From the NCBI GenBank assembly GCA_964385615.1, contig CAYLPP010000001.1, positions 256,484 to 320,483 on the forward strand: a DNA stretch of 64,000 nt, in the 5' to 3' direction. This document shows positions 57,910 through 64,000 of this stretch, in pieces. The notes below the pieces were generated by a model that saw only the letters and a program-made list of their open reading frames with translations, ran no database searches and was not told where the DNA came from. Position 1 is the stretch's first letter, and every line of letters begins with the position of its first letter. The translations under genes and the position numbers were made by a program. This stretch comes from an uncultured bacterium. GTDB taxonomy: Bacteria > Omnitrophota > Omnitrophia > Omnitrophales > Aquincolibacteriaceae.

Positions 57910-58950
57910 TCACAGAATAACCATGGCGTCGCCGTAGCTGTAAAAATGATATTTTTCACGAATCGCTTCCTTATAAGCATCAAGCAGTTTTTCCCGGCTT
58001 TCCAGAAAAGCCGCGACCAACAGCATCAGCGAACTTTTGGGTAAATGAAAATTAGTAATCAAACCGCGCACCATTTTAAAGGAATATGGCGGATAAATGA
58101 AAATATTTGTCGAGGCCCTGCCCGGCCGAAGAATCCCGTCTTTTTGAACAGCAGACTCGAGGGTGCGGACGGAAGTCGTCCCGCAGGCAATAATCCTGCG
58201 CTTTTCTTTCTGAGCTTTGTTCAGAGCCTCCGCGGCTTCAGGCGAAATTTCATAGTCCTCTTCAAACAGCTTGTTCTTTTCGACCTCTTCATGGTCCAAC
58301 GGCTGAAACGTTCCATAACTCGTATGAAGCGTGACTTCCACAATTTCCACCCCCTTGGCCCGAACACGGTCCAACAGCGGTTGATTGAAATGCAGGCCCG
58401 CGGTCGGCGCCGCGACCGCGCCTTCCTGACTGGCAAAAACAGTTTGATAGAGATTCCGGTCAACGGCAGTGTCCGGACGGTCAATATAAGGAGGCAGAGG
58501 GATATGCCCGATCCGGGCTAAAACCTGCAGAGTGTCGGCATTGATAAAACTCAAAAGGCGCTCAGCGGAATCGGGCTGAGGATCATCCAGAACACGGGCA
58601 TCAAAACTGACGCCATTTTCACCCAAAGTAATCACAGCGTCTTTTTTGATTCTACCGCCGGGACGGAGCAGGACCCGCCAGGCATTTTTCTCCGCGCGCT
58701 TCAAAAAAAGCGCTTCGACCTTCCCCCCGCTCTGACGCACCCCAAACACCCGGGCGGGAATAACTTTGGTGTTGTTAAGCACCAGCACATCGCCGGGATT
58801 TAAAAAATCCGGAATATCCCGAAAGGTATCATTCGAAAATTTTCCAGACCTCCTGTCGATTTTCAGTAAGCGGGCACTGGCACGGTCTTCAGGCGGAAAA
58901 GCCGCGATTAATTCAGAGGGCAGTTCGTAATTAAAATCGGAAAGCTTCAT
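57910..58950 (-). CDS. queA: S-adenosylmethionine:tRNA ribosyltransferase-isomerase
   Basis: 346 aa; MKLSDFNYELPSELIA canonical QueA N-terminus. Confidence 0.95.
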   Translation of the reverse strand: MKLSDFNYELPSELIAAFPPEDRASARLLKIDRRSGKFSNDTFRDIPDFLNPGDVLVLNNTKVIPARVFGVRQSGGKVEALFLKRAEKNAWRVLLRPGGRIKKDAVITLGENGVSFDARVLDDPQPDSAERLLSFINADTLQVLARIGHIPLPPYIDRPDTAVDRNLYQTVFASQEGAVAAPTAGLHFNQPLLDRVRAKGVEIVEVTLHTSYGTFQPLDHEEVEKNKLFEEDYEISPEAAEALNKAQKEKRRIIACGTTSVRTLESAVQKDGILRPGRASTNIFIYPPYSFKMVRGLITNFHLPKSSLMLLVAAFLESREKLLDAYKEAIREKYHFYSYGDAMVIL

Positions 58951-59468
58951 TGACGCAGAGCGGATTTCAAGGCGCGGACGGCGGCTTCACAGGACAAAGC
59001 CGTTTGAATCCAGGGGCTTGTGACCATTCCTTCTTTCTGGCTGACATAGTGAAAAAAAGCCTGAATACTTTCCCCTGTCAGGATGATAGGTTTTGAAAAA
59101 ATTTTTTTATTCGCCATTTCCCAAACTGTAAAAAATTCAACCAGCGTTCCCGTCGCGCCGTCAAGCACGACATACCCTTTCCCCGCGTCAATTAAAGCCG
59201 AAAGTCTTTCACGCCAGGTCGGCGCGACGCGCACTTCATCCATCCAGGGATTGGCAACACCGCCAAGCTGAGAAGAAATAATACCGAGGGTTCTGCCTCC
59301 CGCTTCTTTGGCGCCATGAGCGGAAGCTTCCATAACGCCGGCGTAACCGCCGTTGCAGACATCAAAACCCGCCTGCGCCAGCGCGTAGCCGGTCTGATAG
59401 GCAAGTTCATAGGCAGACGTTTCAGACTTAACTTGCCCGCTGCCGAAAACCGTGATAACCGGCCTCAT
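58947..59468 (-). CDS. LOG-family (TIGR00725-type) Rossmann-fold nucleotide-binding protein
   Basis: 173 aa; the GSG…GGYAGVMEA…PGGxGTxxE pattern resembles LOG/YvdD-like SLOG proteins. Confidence 0.7.
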   Translation of the reverse strand: MRPVITVFGSGQVKSETSAYELAYQTGYALAQAGFDVCNGGYAGVMEASAHGAKEAGGRTLGIISSQLGGVANPWMDEVRVAPTWRERLSALIDAGKGYVVLDGATGTLVEFFTVWEMANKKIFSKPIILTGESIQAFFHYVSQKEGMVTSPWIQTALSCEAAVRALKSALRQ

Positions 59469-60145
59469 GACACCTGCTCCCCTTTTAAAATTTCAGGAAC
59501 CGGGCGCGTATCGATTCGAAATCCGCCGTCATGCTCAATTTTTAAAGTGTAAATTGTGCCGGGCAGGAACATAGACCCAGGGGCTTCGATCTGAGCGTTC
59601 TTGATTCCTGACCGCTCACGCTCTTTAGGGTCCAGCGCGTATTTCCAGAATTTTTCCCAGAGGGCGGTTTCAAATTTAGATTTTTCGCCGGGGATTTTAT
59701 ATCCAGCGGGAATGGAATGAAGCGGGGTAATTTCAAATTCCTGAGTGCGCGGACCATCGAGCACAAACGCCTTGGTAAAGAGATAAGCGCTTTTTCCGCG
59801 CAGTTTGTCACCGCCCAGCACAAACTTGTCTTCGAACCGAATGACCAGCGCCTGAAACTGAATGATATTGCCTTCGAAGGTGAAATAATTGGGAGAAACC
59901 GGCCGGCCTCCCGCGTCGTACTCCAGAAATTTGATCGTCGTTTTAATTTTTCCGCTGGCTTCATCAAGTTCCGTGCGGGTCACCAGAACCTCCGCCGCGC
60001 GAGAGTCGGCGGAAAGACGCTGAACCATTTTCTTGAGCACCCGCACCTGGTCAAAATAATTAAACGCCTTGTGCCCCAGCCAGCCAAGCGCGGCCAACAG
60101 CAAGCAAAAAAACGTGACGCGAATACCCCAAGGTAAGTTTTTCAT
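59465..60145 (-). CDS. hypothetical membrane-anchored protein
   Basis: ORF 59465..60247; the probable start is the internal MKNLPWGIRVTFFCLLLAALGWLG (single TM). No recognisable domain. Confidence 0.5.
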   Translation of the reverse strand: MKNLPWGIRVTFFCLLLAALGWLGHKAFNYFDQVRVLKKMVQRLSADSRAAEVLVTRTELDEASGKIKTTIKFLEYDAGGRPVSPNYFTFEGNIIQFQALVIRFEDKFVLGGDKLRGKSAYLFTKAFVLDGPRTQEFEITPLHSIPAGYKIPGEKSKFETALWEKFWKYALDPKERERSGIKNAQIEAPGSMFLPGTIYTLKIEHDGGFRIDTRPVPEILKGEQVS

Positions 60146-60203
60146 ATGTCTAGGGTTATCATCATACCAACTTGGAGCGGATTCTGAAAGCCCGTTTAAA
60201 AAA

Positions 60204-62120
60204 TCAGGCGGGGGGCAGGTTCCCGCGGGGTTTCTTGTCCAAAACATCCCGCAGGGTTAAAAGAAATTCTCCGTAAGTATAGGGTTTCTGAATGAACTTA
60301 CAGCCTTGTTGGATCCATTTATTAACCGCCGTATGATCCGTATAACCGGACGTAAAAACAATTTCAGCGTTCGGGCAGACGGCTGAAAATTTTTCTGCCA
60401 ATTCCCCGCCCCCCATGTACGGCATCACGATATCCGTGATCAACGCGTCAATGCTGTCTCTCTGTTTGCGGGCAATGTTCAACGCGTCCAGCCCGTTACG
60501 CGCTTCAAGCACATGAAACCCCTGCTTGGAAAGCACCTGCACCGCCAGCCCGCGGACTAAATCTTCATCTTCGGCAACAAGAATCGTTTCGGTTCCCCGG
60601 GGCAGTTCAAGCGGAGCAGCAGCCAAATGAGCGGGTGATAACTCCGCATCAAGGACGGGAGGGAAATAAATTGAGAAAGCCGCACCTTTGCCGGGCTCAC
60701 TGTCTACATAAACATAACCATGCGACTGTTTAACAATGCCGTAAATCGTGGCAAGCCCGAGGCCTGTTCCCTTGCCTTTCTCCTTCGTGGTAAAAAAAGG
60801 CTCAAACAAATGAACCTTGATTTCTTCGCTGATACCGCAGCCGGTGTCCTGAACCTTGAGCTTCACGTATTCCCCGGGAACAAACCCCGGGTAGCGGGAA
60901 GCTTCCGCGGCGCTGACTTGAACGAGAGAAGTTTCGACAATGATTTTACCGCCCTTCGGCATGGCATCCCGGGCATTCACAGCAAGGTTCATAATAACCT
61001 GCTCAATCTGGGAAGTATCCACCCTGATTTTTTTCATCCCTGTCCCGAAGATAGTCACAAATTCAATATCCTCGCCCAACAGACGGCGGATCATTTTATC
61101 GCAGCCCAGTACAATCTCATTAAGATCAACCACTTTCGTCTGCAGAATTTGTTTCCGGCTGAAAGCGAGCAGCTGCCGCGTAAGACTCGCCGCTCTCATT
61201 CCCGCGATTCGAATTTCCGATACGGAGTCCCGGTTCTTATCAGAAGGGCTGAGCCTGTTCATTAAGAGATCACACTGCCCGAGAATGACTGTCAAAAGGT
61301 TGTTAAAATCATGAGCGACTCCGCCCGAAAGCCTTCCGACAGCTTCCATCTTCTGGGCCTGGCGAAACTGCGCTTCCAGTTTTTTGTCGGAAGAAATATC
61401 TTCCATGATCGCGATGAAATTCGTGATTTGCCCCTCAGAATTTTTAACGGGAGTTATTTTTTTTCTTTCAAAATAAAGCGTCGAATCCTTCCGGCGGTTG
61501 ATCAATTCGCCGGTCCAGGGCTCTCCCGAAAGGATAGTTCGCCAAAGTTCTTCATAAAGGGAGGGGGTTTGCTCTCCGGATTTTAAAATACGGGGGGTTT
61601 TCCCAACCGCTTCCTGCAAAGCATAACCGGTCATTTTCGAAAAAGCCTCGTTGACCCATAAGATAAGCCCGCTGACATCCGTAATCATAATTCCGTTGGC
61701 AGTAGCCTCAAGCGCGGCCGCTTGCAGACGCATCCGTCCCTCAGAGGCTCGCCTTTCCGTAATGTCACGTGAACAAACAACCACTCCCCGCACAACCGAA
61801 TCGAAAAGAAGATTTCTGCCCAAACATTCGAGGTATTTCCAGCTGCCATCCTTGTGGCGAAACCGCATTTCAACCTTTTCAACCGCCTCCTTGCGCAGAA
61901 TCGCCTTCATAAAAACGGAGAAAACTTTTTTATAATCCGATGGATGGATGAAATCGAAGGCGCTTTTCCCAATCATCTCAGAAGGTAAGTAGCCGAGCAC
62001 GGCTGTGATGGAAGAGCTCTCGTAGCGGATTTTACCATCCACTTCGAGGATGGTAATAATATCCGTGATATTCTCAATAATCGACTCCAGATAATGGAGT
62101 TTACCGTCTTGACTATCCAT
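60204..62120 (-). CDS. cytoplasmic hybrid sensor histidine kinase (2 PAS, HisKA, HATPase_c, C-terminal REC)
   Basis: 638 aa; H-box GGVAHDFNNLL, N/G1/G2 boxes, then a receiver domain (ILVAEDEDLVR…DALITDIVMP…K). Confidence 0.85.
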   Translation of the reverse strand: MDSQDGKLHYLESIIENITDIITILEVDGKIRYESSSITAVLGYLPSEMIGKSAFDFIHPSDYKKVFSVFMKAILRKEAVEKVEMRFRHKDGSWKYLECLGRNLLFDSVVRGVVVCSRDITERRASEGRMRLQAAALEATANGIMITDVSGLILWVNEAFSKMTGYALQEAVGKTPRILKSGEQTPSLYEELWRTILSGEPWTGELINRRKDSTLYFERKKITPVKNSEGQITNFIAIMEDISSDKKLEAQFRQAQKMEAVGRLSGGVAHDFNNLLTVILGQCDLLMNRLSPSDKNRDSVSEIRIAGMRAASLTRQLLAFSRKQILQTKVVDLNEIVLGCDKMIRRLLGEDIEFVTIFGTGMKKIRVDTSQIEQVIMNLAVNARDAMPKGGKIIVETSLVQVSAAEASRYPGFVPGEYVKLKVQDTGCGISEEIKVHLFEPFFTTKEKGKGTGLGLATIYGIVKQSHGYVYVDSEPGKGAAFSIYFPPVLDAELSPAHLAAAPLELPRGTETILVAEDEDLVRGLAVQVLSKQGFHVLEARNGLDALNIARKQRDSIDALITDIVMPYMGGGELAEKFSAVCPNAEIVFTSGYTDHTAVNKWIQQGCKFIQKPYTYGEFLLTLRDVLDKKPRGNLPPA

Positions 62121-62162
62121 AGCTAAAGACCGCCGTCGGTTAGAAAACCAGAACAGACTTTT

Positions 62163-62939
62163 TCAGCAAGAGCGAATAGGCATTTGTCCGTTGAGCGCCG
62201 CTTTAATGACTGATTTAACCGAATCGGAAAAATCAGACTTCAGCACCCAAGCCAGGTAATTGTAGTCGGATTTAATAATTTCATCCAGGGGCATTTTTCG
62301 GGCGTATTTGCCGAAGGTCAGATAGAGTTTTCCATTCCACCAGCAGAACTTTCTTTCAGAGTCATAAAAATCGCCGTGAGCCATATACTCAAATTTCTCA
62401 AGCACGTCGATATCTTCACGGCCTTCGCCGTATTTTTTCACCTGATTGCGTAGAATTTCAAAGACAGCTTCCGTGTCGGCCATGGCGGAGTGCGCGCCGA
62501 TCAGTTCCTTTTCACAGTAAAAACGGTAGGCAGCGGAAAGGTCCCTTTTCTCGTTCAGGTGATAAACTTTCTGGGCATCATAAATCTTCCGCGATTTCCA
62601 TTCGAATTTAATGCCGGCCTCGCCAAATTCCCTTTCAAGCAGAGGTAGATCAAAACGCTCAATATTGAAACCGCCCAAATCGGATTCTCCGATAAATTCC
62701 ATGATTTCCTGGGCCAGATGGCGGAAATTAGGCGCGCCCTTCACATCCTGGTCAAAAATCCCGGTTAATTCGCTTACAGTCTTAGGAATCGGCATCCCCG
62801 GATTGATTCTCTTATGGTAGGTTTCCTGCCCGCCTCCCGGCAGGCTTTTGATCATGGCAATTTCAATGATCTTGTCCTTTTCAATCCAGACGCCGGTCGT
62901 TTCAAGGTCGAGTACAATCAAGGGGCTCTTTAATTTCAT
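62163..62939 (-). CDS. DEDDh 3'-5' exonuclease (DnaQ/PolIII-epsilon-like) with about 80-aa C-terminal extension
   Basis: 258 aa; Exo I VLDLETTG, Exo II and Exo III HSAMADTEA motifs. Confidence 0.8.
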   Translation of the reverse strand: MKLKSPLIVLDLETTGVWIEKDKIIEIAMIKSLPGGGQETYHKRINPGMPIPKTVSELTGIFDQDVKGAPNFRHLAQEIMEFIGESDLGGFNIERFDLPLLEREFGEAGIKFEWKSRKIYDAQKVYHLNEKRDLSAAYRFYCEKELIGAHSAMADTEAVFEILRNQVKKYGEGREDIDVLEKFEYMAHGDFYDSERKFCWWNGKLYLTFGKYARKMPLDEIIKSDYNYLAWVLKSDFSDSVKSVIKAALNGQMPIRSC

Positions 62940-63216
62940 TCCATCCTGCTTTCCATCTGAGTCGGCTGAAGAACAAATCGAAGGCTTATTCTAAACCAAG
63001 ACCGCGGTCTTGGAAACAGACTTGTGCCCTGGAACCGCCGGGTAGGCCCTATTTTTTTTTGCGGTATTCGAGGAAAAATCAGGTAAAATGCTTTTCTTTC
63101 GCGCCGTACTTGCGCGGCCGCCCTTTAGGGCAGCTGGCAGTAATGATAAATTCGCGCCCGCACTTGCACTCATGTGCAAGTACAGCGCTCGCACGGCTTA
63201 AAGAAAGCCGTGTCTC

Positions 63217-63290
<74 letters not shown>

Positions 63291-63323
63291 TTCCTTCTTT
63301 CATCCTCCATCAAACATAGGTTC

Positions 63324-63434
63324 TTCGGCACCGTCGGTCCGCGCCAGCCGGCGCGTCCGTCTACACTCTCGGCGTTTGGTTCCGCCCCAAACACCTGCGA
63401 GAGTTGCCTTCGAATCCTATGTTTGCTTCAGTCT
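63324..63434. repeat. copy 2 of the ~112-nt conserved structured element (between tRNA-Arg and amt)
   Basis: See 46285-46396. Same orientation on the plus strand; the hairpin GCGCC-AGCC-GGCGC here replaces GGCAT-TTCTC-ATGCC in copy 1. Confidence 0.6.
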
Positions 63435-63638
63435 GAAATCATCCAATTAAATTAAAAAACGGGTCGATTTCGTGAAAAAAAATCAGTACAATGCCGGCCA
63501 GCGGTCAACCCGAATCCGGGGTAATGATGCTCCGGCAGCCGGCTCACGGTTCATGATCGGCCCGCGATCGGCAGGGACCCGCGCCTAACCGCGTTCTTTA
63601 CCAAAAGACGCCAACAATGACGTTGGAGGTTTTCAGCA

Positions 63639-64000
63639 ATGAAGAAAACAAAGGGGTTTCTTTTCATTTTTCTGGCAGGGCTTCTCTTCCTGTCGAGTGC
63701 TCATCCGGCTTTCGCCGCGGACGGAATTGATACCGGCGACACGGCTTGGGTTCTCATCGCTTCCGCATTAGTCCTTCTCATGACCCCCGGACTCGCCTTT
63801 TTCTACGGCGGTCTGGTCCGCAAGAAAAACTTTCTTTCGATTTTAATGCAGTGTTTCATGCTCATGTGTCTGATCACGATTCAGTGGGTCGTGTTCGGCT
63901 ACAGCCTTTCTTTCGGCCCTGATATTAAAGGCCTGATCGGCAGCCTGGACTGGGCCGGGCTTAAGAACGTCGGCCTTGAACCCAATGCTGATTACTCCGC
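63639..64000 (+). CDS. amt: ammonium transporter (N-terminal part, continues beyond window end)
   Basis: Signal peptide then TGDTAWVLIASALVLLMTPGLAFFYGGLVRKKN, the Amt/MEP signature. GGAGG SD 8 nt upstream. Confidence 0.85.
   Translation, partial: MKKTKGFLFIFLAGLLFLSSAHPAFAADGIDTGDTAWVLIASALVLLMTPGLAFFYGGLVRKKNFLSILMQCFMLMCLITIQWVVFGYSLSFGPDIKGLIGSLDWAGLKNVGLEPNADYS

Noticed and set aside
63440-63638. Sigma-54 (TGGCAC-N5-TTGC) promoter upstream of amt
   Set aside because: The closest candidate (CGGCAG-GGACC-CGCGC) has the GC dinucleotide off by one position and lacks the TTGC. It is not convincing.

Overview
This 64 kb window is a core-genome stretch of a bacterial chromosome (about 50-52% GC, likely a diderm given the outer-membrane (OM) beta-barrel proteins, AsmA, lipoproteins and SecDF). 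About 60 genes are packed almost entirely on the minus strand in long, translationally coupled operons; only rnc, rpmB, tRNA-Arg and a 3'-truncated ammonium transporter (amt) are on the plus strand.

By content alone I recognise, in window order:
- tilS (5' part, truncated by the window edge), followed by a small tRNA cluster: tRNA-CAU, a 220-nt structured spacer, tRNA-Lys.
- The rpsB-tsf-pyrH-frr cluster.
- bcp peroxiredoxin, an aspartase-family lyase, a DUF2203 protein, HU and gpsA.
- A heat-shock unit: an FtsH paralog with a minimal periplasmic loop, a 458-aa orphan lipoprotein, then hrcA-grpE-dnaJ without dnaK.
- uvrA, preceded by an intrinsic terminator that abuts its start codon.
- A three-gene OM operon: a 547-aa beta-barrel, a 1555-aa multidomain surface protein and a 137-aa lipoprotein. 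This is the most likely 'undescribed system' in the window.
- dapB-dapA-dapF.
- An M48 lipoprotein peptidase, a bPH_2-like membrane protein, a GDSL hydrolase and a GGDEF cyclase.
- lysA followed by a complete argH-G-F-D-B-J-C cluster.
- rnc convergent with an AsmA-family gene.
- rpsI-rplM-truA-asd, a structured ~112-nt element, then leuB-D-C, thiG, glgA and a stand-alone CBM48 glycogen-binding protein.
- rpmB with an apparently leaderless promoter.
- recJ-secDF-yajC-tgt-queA, a LOG-family protein, a hypothetical membrane protein, a PAS/REC hybrid histidine kinase and a DEDDh exonuclease.
- tRNA-Arg(CCG), a second copy of the ~112-nt element, then amt.

There are no CRISPR arrays, transposases, integrases or phage genes. 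The non-coding surprises are the two-copy element, whose hairpins show compensatory base changes, and the tRNA-like spacer between tRNA-Lys and tRNA-CAU. All coordinates were derived by hand and may be off by +/-1.
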